Source: Dimorphilus gyrociliatus
Lineage: Eukaryota; Animalia; Annelida
Length of the DNA stretch: 64,000 bases
Direction of reading: 5' to 3'
Assembly: GCA_904063045.1 (NCBI GenBank)
Contig: CAJFCJ010000014.1
Coordinates: 1,981,643-2,045,642, forward strand
Below, one piece after another: positions 1-12,912 of the stretch. Both the position numbers and the translations under genes were made by a program. The first letter of the stretch is position 1. Every line of letters begins with the position of its first letter. The notes under the pieces were generated by a model. It was not told the DNA's origin. It did no database searches and worked only from the letters and a program-made list of their open reading frames with translations.

Positions 1-224
1 CTGAAGTCATAAAGTATAAATTTTATATCTATGAGTTGTATAAGTGCAGTAAATCCTTTCATGAGACACTTCTAAATAATGTTTAAGTAGATTTATAATT
101 GATGAATCTCAATCGATGTTCTATTGTTTTATCAGTTTATGGTATTGGCTGCATACAGCGCTTGGAATTCATTTGACTTTCAGTAATTTTCATGCAATAT
201 CAAGAAAGCTTTTTAAATGTTCAA

Positions 225-1920
225 ATGCTGTGGAATATTATCCTAATTTTTTCACTTATCCTTTCTTCTGGTAGTTATACTTTTCGGAGTATTCTGACGA
301 GAATTTTTTAATTTTTTAATCAACAGCCTGCTCCCAAAATAGTTGCCAAGCTGGTTTTCAACTTAAAGGAAAGGGTTGTTATAAGATCTACACAAATTTG
401 GCTTCTGGTGATCAAGCTAAACAGATATGTGAAACTGACGGATATTCATTAGCAAGTTTATATCTTAAAGAGAGTTACGAGGCTGTTAATGAATGGTTAA
501 ATTCTGGAGGTATATTTTGGTTTAATTTTTGAACAAGATAAAATGAATATTCTGTTAATTTAGTCATAACGGACTCCTGCTTATTAAACGGCGCCTATGA
601 TACAGCTAAGAAACGTTGGTACTGGAATACAAAATTTGGTCCTGTTGAATTTGATTTTAATTGGGTCCAGTTTGCTGTAGGTGAACCGAATAATGTGAGT
701 TACTTTTAATGAATACTATTATCATAGCTGATTTGGAAGTTAAATACCCTTTTTCAAAATTTCCTCTTCAGTTAAAAATTGTTAAATTTTAATTATTATA
801 ATGTAGAGCAGAAAATTATTGATGTTTTTGCAAAATGGCTACTGAATTGGCTGATCATTTAACAGTTGTATCCAATGATAATGTGGGAAAATTTTATTAT
901 TTTATCCCGCAGTTAAATATCTCCTCTATGTCTTTAATAGTTTATTATATTCGAAATGCCAATAATAGGCATTTCTATCGGAATGTTGGACATAAGAAAG
1001 ATATTGAATAAAACGTAAAATTACTAGGCTTGAAAATATTCAGATAATCTGTTCAAAGTATATAGAAAAAACATATCAAACAACGGAACAGTGGTATATA
1101 CAGTATATCAAAAATATCAACTCCCAACATTTCAAAAGTTAAGGATGAAAAAATTCTTTGAAAGGTTTTACGAATAAAAATGGAGCAGTATCTAAATGGG
1201 GCTGCTTAAAGTCAGATAGAATCAAAGAAATTAAACTGTGTAATGGATACATCGATATCATTAAATACCAAAGATATTAAAAGGAAACCTTTCCGTTTTA
1301 TTTGAAAGACATAATACACCGATACAGGATGGAACGAAGTCCAATACAAAGACTGACCAGCCAACAGTCCTGAGCTCAATATAACCGAAAACTTATTGGC
1401 GTACATAAAAAAAACCGTATGCCAAAGCATGAAATGAGCAATTACGATGATTTATGGATAAACAGGGAAATTTCACAAAGTACCTAAAGTTTTCACAAAA
1501 GACTTAGACTGTATAAAAAAATCTTTGTTATAGTATAAAATATTACAAATGAAAATATACATTACTTCGTCATACAGTATATGAAATATACTAAAACATT
1601 GTCAAAATGTAAAAATAGAACACTTTTTATCTGTAATAGAGAATTATTCTCAAATATTTATCACCTTCCGATATTAGATGATCAGTCAAGTTAGTAGCCT
1701 TTTCGATATTGTATAGTATATATTCGTTACATTTTAGATTAATTCACCACACAATGCAGCTTTTTTAAAAAAAGCACCTAGTACAGAGTTCCATCTGGAT
1801 GATTGGACAAAACCTTCAAAAGCCGATCACTTTCTTTGCGAAGATGGTATGTTAAAAACATTTAAAGATCTTGAAATACATTCAAATTGCATCAAGAGTT
1901 ACAATAATTTATATATTTAA
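225..1920 (+). CDS. Secreted C-type lectin domain protein (4 coding exons)
   Basis: Exons 225-270 (signal peptide MLWNIILIFSLILSS), 327-509 (CQAGFQLKGKGCYKIY...AKQICETDGYSLASL), 564-694 (WYWNT...WVQFAVGEPNN) and 1738-1846 or read-through to 1920 (LDDWTKPSKADHFLCED). Joins are GT-AG and phase-consistent. EPN and the terminal FLCE are CTLD hallmarks. The 3' end is uncertain because of a donor at 1847. Confidence 0.85.
865..1513 (+). mobile_element. Decayed Tc1/mariner (IS630-Tc1) transposase relic in lectin intron 3
   Basis: Broken frames give DEK (1144), GAVSKWGCL...NGYIDIIKYQ (about 1180-1272), HNTPI (about 1310, cf. DNAPIH) and *PANSPELNITENLLAYIKK (1354-1415, cf. WPxxSPDLNPIENLW). A candidate right end ...CTG followed by TA lies at 1509-1513. 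The left boundary is uncertain. Confidence 0.75.
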
Positions 1921-2880
1921 AATATCAACTACATTTTCAAACATAAACATAATGGGATAATAGTAACATATACAAAAGGAATTTACATTAAATTGGCTAT
2001 AGGCTAGATTTTGTGGTGATGTATATATTGAAAGTTTTTACTTAACGTTATATAATCTGTTCGCTGGGAAATTTTCTTATGCAAATATATAAAGAATAAT
2101 ATAAATATATTCACAAATCTTTAAAAGCTGAATATTTTCATCCTTCGCAGCTTTGGAAATAATTGTTAAGATTTTCTGGTGTAAAGTCCACTATTTTCAT
2201 GATTCATAATATATATTGTATTTTCTGAGCAATATACAATATATATACTGTATACACAATAAATCAAATTATGGAAGAGTCTATTGAAGATATCTCTACA
2301 AATTTTTTATAAATTATTCATTATATTTGTAGAAATTCTATTATGAATTTCATTGCTTCGTGGTTATGTCTATTTTAAGATGGTTGTGTTTTGCAATGTG
2401 CTTTCGTTTTACGGCGTGTAATTTTTTTATACATGTCAATTTTCAATAGAAGTTCTCAGGAAACAGAGAGAGAGAGAGAGAAGTAAGGTAAGATAATAAA
2501 TATTTACGTATATTCTTCTATTTGTATAGGCATCTAAGATCAAATAATATTGAATATTAAAGAAAAGAGTCGAAATTGATTTTTATCCTACATTCGTTTC
2601 TTATTAAAATGTTATAAATTAACTACAGTCTGTTACACTTAATTTTATATTTAATAGGATGAAATTAGTACTGTTTCATACATTTTGCGCTAGATGTGCA
2701 ACTACTATATAGTCTTAATGAATATTTACAAATTAAATTAATACTATCTATAAAAATACTTCTTTAGTTACCTTTTCTTGATAAATAGTTCAGCTGTAAC
2801 AATCATCCTTGTAAAACGATTTAGAAATAGCAACACTCTATAACTTACAAGGATATAAATTATTTTTATCAGAGCAGAAA

Positions 2881-3610
2881 ATGAAAAAACAATCAATCAC
2901 AGTCAACAAGACGTTCACCATTCTCTACTCTGGAAATATCTTCCTCTCAATGACTTTTGTCGGGTTCTCACTTCTAATGCCCACTATTCAAAAGACTATG
3001 AAAAATTACTGCAGAAATACTAATTCAAATTGCTTGGTTGATGGAAATAAATTCAACTCAAACTTTGAAATCTTGTAATAATCTTTTTTTGAATCACAAC
3101 AACCATTATAGCTTTTTTCGTTTTATAACAGTCAAATTATTATTGGAGCCACATTCATTTTACTAGCATTTATTCTTACTCCTGTAGTTATTTATTATCT
3201 AAAGAGGAAGATAGATCTGGAATTACCATTATTCATGGTTCGTTTAGGTATATTCTTGGCAATTATGAGTATTATGTTCTGTATATTCTGTATCCTTTTT
3301 TATGAATTGTCCATTGGCAATTTACATAGAATTAAAAATATGTAAGTATTCTATTAAGATGATATTAAATATATCTAATTTTTTAAATGAACACAGCGTA
3401 ATCATCCCAAGTTCCATTTGTTTGGGCTGGTCGTCGTTTGCCTTAGTCTATTTTGTTTCCTATCTCGATTTATCAACAATTTCTTTAATTTTAAAAAGAT
3501 TTTTTCTGAAAGCCAATCATTCTTTAGATTATGCTTCTAGTGGAGATAAATATCTAAAACTACTAGCAATATCAACAAAGACAATAACACCAGAGACTCG
3601 GATATTTTGA
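2881..3610 (+). CDS. Orphan 4TM protein, array member 1
   Basis: Exons 2881-3074, 3132-3341 and 3397-3610 with two phase-2 GT-AG introns. Four hydrophobic segments; two Cys in the first loop (YCRNTNSNC). Confidence 0.75.
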
Positions 3611-5515
3611 AAGAATATGACTTCAACTTGAAACTTTTTAATAGTACAAAAGATTGCTATTCAATGAATAATCAATTTATACTTTGGTATTTAAATTCAA
3701 TGTATTTCTTACTGATTAAAAGTTAGTCAAGTTACGTGGAAAGGTTACAGGATGCGATTAATTATTTCCTGTGAACAAAATAGACCAATACAGATAATTC
3801 ATAATAAATGTGATAAATATACATTATTAGTCCAGTTGTTTGTTCCAGAATAAGGAGCTGAAACTGTAATTTCTTTAGATACTTTTATACAAAATAATTA
3901 ATCATTTCTATATTTAGAGATTGTTTCTAGATACTTATTAAACTAAAGAAGGACAATATAAAATATATAAGAGTACGTATATATTTTATATATACTATAT
4001 ATATAGTAAGAATATATATTAGCATCTTTATGTATACTATATCCAGTTCAAGTGCATGTAGCTTATCTTATTTTAGTGGCAAAGGGGAATTAAATTAATT
4101 AAGAAATTTATTATCTGCTAGTCTCGAATGCATTTAGTGCAAATTTATTGAAACGTCATCAAGTGGTGAAAAAATAGAACACTAAAGATAATTTTGTATG
4201 TCTCCAAAACAACTCAATACTTCTAGCTGTAAAAACACTTGACAACACTACCATTACATCCTACTTCCTGATTACTTTTAACTCTTCTTAATCGTAGAAT
4301 ATTAAAATTAAAATAGATATCGTCGCGAATTTTTACGAATATATAATAAAAGTTCGTTCTCCCTATACTGATAGGAATGCAAAAGGAAATAATAATATAA
4401 ATTAATATTAAGCTCTTTTTTTTTAGATGAACAGTTGATTATAGCACAGTAAGACAAGCTGACCAAAGCCGTCTAGCTGACCAAAACGTATTACTAAAGA
4501 TATTTAAAAAAGATGGAAAAAGACAGCGGGGATGGCGGAACTATAATTAATCCGCAATTAATTTCTTCTAAATTCATTGTATTTTATATTGAAAGTATTG
4601 TTCTCAAGAGAGGATTGAGAAGAGTCACTAAAAATATATTATATCTCTCATTGACAATGAAAAATATTTAATTTCATACTTTACTAATTAAACAAAGTTT
4701 TTAATATAATAGTTTAATGTGTATACAACGAATAATTTTTCTGATAAAAAATGATTTGTCACGTGATCCTAATTAAATTAGCTATCAACTAAAATAGTAA
4801 TACAATAAGAAAGCGTTAGAATTGGCTTGTCTATATTCTGGTTATATTTTACACAATCAATCTATTAACGTCTTATTCGACTTCAAGCGTTTCTTGTATT
4901 TTTTTTAAATCTTCGTATTAATTGTTATTTTAATAGTTCTATTTTCAATATAAATGTAGACAGAAAACTTTAAGAAATAAATATAAATACTACGAAAGAT
5001 GAATATACTTTGAGAACTATTAATAAAGTCAATAAAATAATTACAGTTGATGAAAGATAGTACTAAATTACAAAAAATACAAATAGAGTTCTTCGAAACG
5101 CAAACTGCAAAAATGACTGAGAAAAATATACCTTGAACTGTAGCAAAGAATTAAAAAAATTAGTACACTATTACTCCTATATCATTCATTGTTAAATCAT
5201 GAACCGATAAAAGATAATAGCATCTTCTCATATAAAATTTGTATAGTTTCTAAAAAATAATAAAAGAAATAAATAATATATTGTTTTCCTTTTATGGAAA
5301 AAAATCAATAGTTGACTGCATAATTTAATTTTCGCGTGGGTTTATAAACTGCTTACAAGCTTCGTCACATCTCACTTTGTAATGATTAAGGTAACAATTG
5401 TGTAATTTCATTACTGTCATGTTTCTTCTTTTTTGTTCATTTTAACACTAACCTATTTTTTTGTTATGTTTTAGTATATTCCATTTGATTTAAAAACTTG
5501 AATTATTTAATCATT

Positions 5516-6649
5516 ATGGGAAAGCTTATTAATAACTGGTTTTCGGCAATTGGTATCTTTATCATTGTATTTATCGTTTTCCCGTCAGTCTATATACTGA
5601 TGTTGAAAGATAATATTTACAAAGCCTACGAAATTATGCCAAAGGAAAGTCGAACGGCCGCTGAGGATGTTATCAAGGCCAATGTTGATTCGAATATGGA
5701 AATTTCAACAAATAATTTTTCATTGCTGAAAAATTATCTAAGTTCTCATAAAAGACATGAAAATGTAAAAATTGAACAATCTAACGTTTCAACTGTTAAA
5801 CAAAAGATTCAAGCAGATGTAAAGTGGTTTATTGCTGGGTAATTGTAATTTTGAATTTGATATAGTTTCATTTAGAATTTAGTATAGTACTTATACTCCA
5901 TTATTTTTCAGTGAATACGGACCTTTTGTTCTATTTTTAACTTTATTTGGCTTTTCTGCATTCTTTTGTCTACCGACAAGTTTCTTCTATATTTACAAAA
6001 GATGCTCAATAGATAATCCTCAGGACATGCATTATAAGACGAGAAAACAATTGTACTGCCTACTAATTTTGCTTATTGTTTGCTTACCAATGGCAACAAT
6101 TTCAATGTATACATTTTTCTTTAAAGCTCTAAGGAGTAGAGAAGATATACAATCAAAAGTTATTATTGAATCTTTTCGTCATCAGATTGGGTAAATGACC
6201 ATTTAATTATAATATCTTATGATTTTGTATTTCAAACAACATTTTACAAATAATTCAGATATTACGAAATTGCCTTATATGCACTATTTATGATGGGAGC
6301 TGGGTTTTCTTTAATGATTCCTTGCGCTTCTATTTATCTTTTACGCCAATTAAATCAAGAACAATACTCATTCGATGATTATTTCGGTGATGATGACGTA
6401 TTTAACACTACTGTTGTGGTACCAGCTTCATCTCCTGATCCTGAATCTCCAAAAGTTACAAGTCCCAAATTTCTAATTTCGGTAAAGATATGAAAGCTAA
6501 AACATTTATCACACTTTTCATTATATTTGCAGTTTCCAGGTTTAAATATTAATAAGAAAAAAATAATAGCTCCTCCAAGCTACAAGCTAAGGCCTCCAAA
6601 CTATGAAGAAGCTGTACTTACTCATTATACCTTTGAGCAAATAGATTGA
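5516..6649 (+). CDS. Orphan 4TM protein with tandem PY motifs (PPSY, PPNY), member 2
   Basis: Four exons starting 5516, about 5912, about 6260 and about 6532 (intron phases 2,2,0). Four TM segments; the tail reads APPSYKLRPPNYEEAV. Confidence 0.8.
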
Positions 6650-7806
6650 AAACAAAAAGTATTTCCGCTTATCTTTCACCCGGTTGTCCATCATCACAGA
6701 AGCTTTTATCTCCTTTTAAGCCTATTTTATCCAAGAAACAAAGACTTTTTTCAATTAAAGATAAATGTTAATTTGATTTATCAGCTTCTTAATGTATAAA
6801 TTGTATTGAATGAATGTTTCTCCTTTTAAATAACTTCACGAGATTGACAAAAAGGTTAATGACCGTTCATTAAATATTCGTTTATTATAGTAACGAATTA
6901 TATCTCTTCATGTTTGATATATAAATACTTTTCAGTAATAAAATACATATATAAAGATAGAAAGTAAAGTAAAACGCAATTAATAACACAATTAATAGAA
7001 TATCTCATTAATTTAAAAAAAAAATTGCTTAATTATGATTATAGATGAGTATTATGAAGATTGAAGAAAGGACTTAAAACAGATATGAATATAAAAATTT
7101 TTAGACAATTAGAATATGGTTAAAAGTGAAAATACACATCAGTTAAATTATCCGGAAAGTGTCATCTTGCAGAGAATAATTACTTATTGGTTCTATTTAT
7201 ATTAACGAAAACTTACTTGTCAACTATACAGTATTACTGTATAAACTAAAGATATAAAATATACTCTGTAACACATTATTCTCATTTTCCAGTATTTTCT
7301 AATTATATTTAAATGTATATCTACAATATTCTTTTGCTATATATAATAATGATATAATTAAGTGATGATATTTCTCTTCCTTTCATGCGTTCTTCCCTCT
7401 TAAACGCCTACACAATATCCACTAATATAGAGATTGTTATCATTGCTTTTATTCTCAATTAAACAGACATTTTACTTTTTAATTATTCAAATGATTTATC
7501 TTCTTTTAGAGGATATTGTCTATCATGGACTAAACTGGAAATAATATTTTTGTTTCTATGTGTGTTTCACAAATGCTTATTATGCTAAATATGAAAAGAG
7601 AGAAGAAAAGAAATAAATTAATCTTATAATATCAACATTCTTCCCGAATCGTCCAACATCAAACAGATTTTGAAAATCTTTTGTGTCTTTAATCTATGTG
7701 AAACTAAATTTAGATATATCTGTATTAGTAAAACAGGAACACAAAAATATTCTTTGTTTCTGGTAAAAGAATGGAAACAGTGTTAAAAACGTAATAGAAT
7801 GACATG

Positions 7807-8800
7807 TTAAGGTTTTACACTAAATAGTGTTTCCATTGCGTTTTTCTCCATCTCTGATAGTGTTATCAGAATTTTTGATGCATCATCAATATATTTAACA
7901 TCTTCAGTTTCAGCAACTTCCTCGAAAAGTTGGGCAACTTGTGTCCAAAGTTTACTGATTTCTTTAAAATCAATGTAGGCATCATGATATTCCTCTGTAC
8001 CAAGCAATTCGTAAGACTCGAGTAAGAAATCGCGATACATATTGCGGAATACAGCACCACCCGTTCCAGCTCTCTCCATAAGCATTGCTAAAGTTCCAAA
8101 ATCCTTTTTGACATCTTTGCTTTCTTTAAACCACTTTTTAATTTCTGTGCTACTCTTAAGAATTCCTTTGTAGCCCATGTTCGATATTGGAGGGTTTAAA
8201 TAGCTTTTTGCATTATTATAAATGGCATTTTTAATAACAGCCTTTAAATCATAGGGTTCTGATCCTTTCTCTATAATAAAACTCTTATTTTTAGATGACA
8301 TTGGAGCTTTTTCACTTCTTGCTAGTTCTAAATTCTTTAATTTGGTTTTTAATTCCTTTTGTTCCGCTGTATCAATCATATATGCGTCCGTTTCGTCATA
8401 TCCAAATATTGTTGCATAATGGGCTCCAAAGTGAATCTTTTCAGGCATATAATCCATATAATCCAAATGGTAACAATCTAATTTTAGACCAACTGGAATG
8501 TCTTGATTCTTTAACATTTGTCCAAGCCTTTTTAATTGAAGCAGTTTCTTTTAATTCAACCTTTAGGTTTAAATTTTCGCAAATTTTTTGTAATAATCCA
8601 TCCGGTTTAGGCCGTCCACCAAAAAATGGTGTATCCATAGATTTCATTCTCCAACCCATATAATTTAGCCCTTCACCAATACCGAACAACATCGGTTCGG
8701 AGAGATCAATACCTAGATGTTTCAGCAAACATCCAACAGCTGTTGTCTCGCAATGTTGACCAAAAAAAGGTTTAAAGTTGTGTACTTTTTTCAAACTCAT
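7807..8800 (-). pseudogene. Bacterial-type BtrH N-terminal / DUF4872 protein (papain-like NlpC/P60 fold), intronless, one frameshift
   Basis: ORF 8441-8875 (ATG 8800: GQHCETTA, LSEPMLFGIGEGL, PFFGGR) overlaps ORF 7807-8517 (IPVGLKLDCYHLDY, HFGAHY, MERAGTGGAVFRNMYRDFL). These match my recollection of bacterial BtrH_N/DUF4872 proteins. The frames switch at about 8502-8517. This may be an assembly error rather than true pseudogenisation. Confidence 0.85.
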
Positions 8801-9671
8801 GCTGTTAACTGTAATTGTTGATTCCAAACGCAATTTACCTGCTAAATGGAGATTAAAAGAAGTGCACTCAAACAAGCAGACTACAAATTTTGATAATTCA
8901 AGTTTATTTTTAGAATATTATTGCTATTACTCTCTCAGGTAAATTTTATCTTATTAATCGGCAAGAGATACGGAAGAGGATAATCAACTTTAGAAATTAA
9001 GCAATTATAACACATAAATAAGAAAAATATCGAAACCGGAAAGGGAAATAGTTTTCAATTCGTTACGTTTTTAAATTTCGTTTAAAACTATTCTTCTGTT
9101 CTGTTGAAATCAACTAATAATATTACCGAATTTATTGAAAAATTAATACTTCAAAAATCGTGTCAGTAGAGTAGAGTAGTTTGGTTAATCTCTGACTGTA
9201 AAACGCAAATGATTCTCTATAGCTATATCTTACAAAACAAGTAGAAAGTAAATTTAGATTGTATTGAAGGAAAGTATATATATATATGTTGGATCGACAA
9301 ACTACAAACGTCGATAATGGACTTTACATAGGGGAAGATTAGTCATGTTCTTAATGAATTGAATTTGAAGATAACATAGTTCAAATAATAGTCAAGATTC
9401 AAGGACGATTTTAAATGTTTCAGGTCTTCTTAAACATTTATGGAAGAGTTAAATATAAGAAAAAAAGATATAATATATACGTAAATAACATTGTATATAA
9501 CGATCTATGTTGATATACAGCAAATATTTATGAAGCTTTTGTTTTTCTTAATTGCCATATAGTCTTTCCTTTTAGACTCTGTAAATACGAAAGAAGATAA
9601 GATTGAACAGGTAATCCGTATTTTCTGATATTTTGTCTAATGATAAAGTTACTTTAAATGGCTAATAATGT

Positions 9672-10782
9672 TTATTTCTTATGTACAATTGAACTATAGG
9701 AAGGAGGAGGAGTCATATCATTATCCTTGTTTATGTTTCTTCAAGTACAAAAACAAAAAATTGAAGAATATTAATTAGAAATTGAATATTTGAACAATAA
9801 ATTGTTTACCTTGTTGGGTTAACGTTGGTAGTCCTATATAAATAAGTAGCAGTATCCCTTTTTCTTGATATGTTGTTTATTTCTGAAGGATCTCTTTCCT
9901 GGTAAAAATATAGATATGTTATTTAGATATACTATAGATACTCTATTAGATATAGCATATAGTTTACGAAAGTTTGCTTGAAATAGATTGATTTGAAATA
10001 TTTAATATAAATTGACTTACAATCTCTTCTTCGTTTCGGATATCACTTGAAATTTTTGCTGCTGCTTCTGCAATAATATATTTACAGTATATTATAATCA
10101 AATTTACTTATATTAATTAAAATAAAGCTTTACTCTTTTTTTCCATAAAGTATATCAATATTAATGCTGAACGCCAAACAAAAAGTGGGACTGCTACTAC
10201 TAATCCATAGATCATTCGTATTCCATATTTATAATATTTACTATTATGTGGATTATTGTAGTCTCCGCATACTTTCAAGCTATTAACTGATGGATCATAT
10301 ATGACTAAGTAAAACATGTTCAAGCATATTATATACGCATAGTTAATATTCATTAAACCAGCAATTCCAATTTTAAAATTTAAACTTCCATAATCTAAAT
10401 ACTTTAGACCAAATGGTAATCCAAAACCCCCAAGTAAGACAGCAACGACCGTCGTAGCTATCATATAGCATTGATATTTTCTAAAAGTGATCATATTTTC
10501 CATTTATTTAAATAATGTATAAATAATAATAAAGTTTAACACTTACGGTACTATGAATGATGTTACAATACAAACTTTCGTATTTATAGTTGGGACCTCA
10601 GTTTTATTGATTTCGTAGGGTTTTAGTGATACATCTTCAGGTATGGCTTTATATGAAATTATCTCACCAAAATTTTCCCTCCAAATGATAATGTGGTAAA
10701 TAGGGCCAATAGTAACGCTTGCCAATATGCCTAAGAATGTGATATTCGCACACAACAGCAAAATTCCTTCTTTAGCAACCAT
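9672..10782 (-). CDS. Orphan 4TM protein with PPPSY tail, member 3 (subfamily B)
   Basis: Five exons, intron phases 2,1,0,2. Motifs GPIYHIIIWRENF, KVCIVTSF, NYAY and KVCG; the last exon encodes MTPPPSYSSIVHKK. Confidence 0.85.
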
Positions 10783-11387
10783 ATTTCTTAGTAATGTTTA
10801 TCACAAATTTACTGGTATAACCAAATAAATTTCTTGATCAACACATTCGCGTCTACAAGTTTTTCTGTTAAATATACTTCAACGAAGACTTGTTGACGAA
10901 CGAATGTATCTTTTATTAATTATTTTCACTATTTATACCATTTTCTTCAGTTAGCACTACTCAATCATAAGCAAAAACTGATAATTAGGCCTGAGTGAAT
11001 AAATGTTTTCAATATGACATTTTTTTTAGTCTCAGTCTAAATTAGGTTGGAAAGGTTGTGTTATATATATACAGTATATATGTTTTACAATGCTATATAT
11101 ATATATAAAAGATCATCTATAACAATATTAAAGCTACATGGTGTTTTTCAACTTTCTCTAAAGCGTTACAATTTCAAATGTAATTAATTAATCTTTTTGC
11201 CTCTTTGATATTTTAATTAAAACAACTTAAAATACTAGTTAAACATTACAAACAATTATTTTTATTGATTATTTATAGAAGTTTTTATTTGAAAAAATAT
11301 TAATTTGCTAAAATAGAAAAAAAGGAACAATTAAAATGTTTTTTGTTGAAAAACGTTGAAAATGATAAAAAGTCCCCTAATCGGTAA

Positions 11388-11424
11388 ATATATATCTATA
11401 TATCTATATATATATCTATATATC

Positions 11425-11459
<35 letters not shown>

Positions 11460-11460
11460 C
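11388..11460. repeat. (TATATC)n/(TA)n microsatellite
   Basis: Read directly from the sequence. Confidence 0.9.
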
Positions 11461-11613
11461 GTATAAAAGATAAAAATAGGTTACAAGCTTTTTAAATATC
11501 AATGACAATTAATAAAAGAAAAAAATATTTATAATATAAAAATGGTACTTTTGTTCAATTCTTTAAATTTTCTCTATCTTTACTTAGCCAATTAAAGATT
11601 GTTACTTACTGAT

Positions 11614-12462
11614 TTATTTCTTTGAAATAAAATCCATTTCTGTAAATTCCTTGTTATAAAGGAAAAAGAATAATACGGTTATGTAAAATAAGGAAAATGA
11701 TATCATTCAACTTACTAAATTGGAGTGATTTTGAATATCATTTGAGATTTCGTCAATATTTTCTAAATTTAAAAAAACAAATGGAAAATATTTTATAAGA
11801 AACAAGCAAGGAAATAAATTTTTACCAGCGCATTCTTTACTATACATCCATAAAAGTATTGACCTCCAAATGAGTAGTGGTATAGCAACGACTGACCCAT
11901 AAATTATTCTTATTCCATATTGGTAGTATTTATAATGATGATAATAACCGTGTTCTCCGCATATTTTAAAATTATCAACAGTTGGATTAAATATAAAGAG
12001 ATAGTAGATATTTAAACATATCACATAGACATAGTTAACTATCATTAAACCAGTTACTACAATTCTCAACTTTGAACTTTGAATTTCTATATAATTAATT
12101 CCAAAAGGAAGTGCTAGGGTACCAAATAACACCATGATTGCAGTGTAAGATATCATTAGTTCTTGATAGTGCCTAGAATTCACAAATATTTTGAATAAAC
12201 TGTTCAATAGTAACAATATATCTTACGGTTTTATAAAAGAAGTCACTATGCATATTTTCATATTTGAATTCATAGCCTGAGTTTTATTAATGCTGATAGA
12301 TATTAATGATCTATTTTCTATGATAGCCTTGTATTCGAGCACATCCGTAAAATTCTCTCTCCACGAAAGAAGATGATAAAATGGACCAATAGTTACGCTA
12401 GTTACTATTCCTAAAATTATTCCACAGGAACACATAATCAATAATCTTGTTTTAACAATCAT
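11614..12462 (-). CDS. Orphan 4TM protein, member 4 (closest paralog of member 3, short tail without PY)
   Basis: GPFYHLLSWRENF, KICIVTSF, NYVY, KICG and IPLLIWRS align with member 3. Same first three intron phases (2,1,0); the fourth exon stops after EFTEMDFISKK. Confidence 0.85.
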
Positions 12463-12912
12463 TCTATCAATCTATCTATTTCCTTTATTTTATCCCGTTA
12501 AACATGAAAGAGTCTTTTATTTGTTAATTTTTTATTAATTCAATCAATTCTCTTTTAAGGAAATAACTTGTCAGCTTCAAATATTTAGCTTACTTCATAG
12601 ATATTCTATTAAAGATAGTTTACATATTAAAAACAACCTTCAAAGTAATTTCTTATAATGTACAGTGTCCGTAAATACTTTCCCATATTTGTTTTTTTTT
12701 TGTCTAATTTTGAATACAACTCTTTAGCTTTGCTATATTGAACTTTCTGTAATATAATTGATATATATTAGTATATATATACATATAAATTTATATATAA
12801 AAGGAATAAAAAGTGGCATTTTATCAAAATTCTACAATTAAAATAGGATGTATATATAGAAATAAACTATTTCTTTTTCCTCTTTAAAATATTCTTTAAA
12901 AGTTATATATTT

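Noticed and set aside
807-870. Alternative lectin exon 4 after the TAG acceptor at 806
   Set aside because: The in-phase reading stops after 12 codons, resemblance to the real exon is marginal, and it abuts the Tc1 relic.
7866-8663. Overlapping ORFs 7866-8060 (-) and 8295-8663 (+)
   Set aside because: Shadow frames of the BtrH-like gene.
7807-8800. Whole window being bacterial, or the BtrH-like gene being a separate contaminant contig
   Set aside because: Flanking genes within about 1 kb on both sides have spliceosomal introns and the window holds clear animal genes. Only a local chimeric join remains possible.
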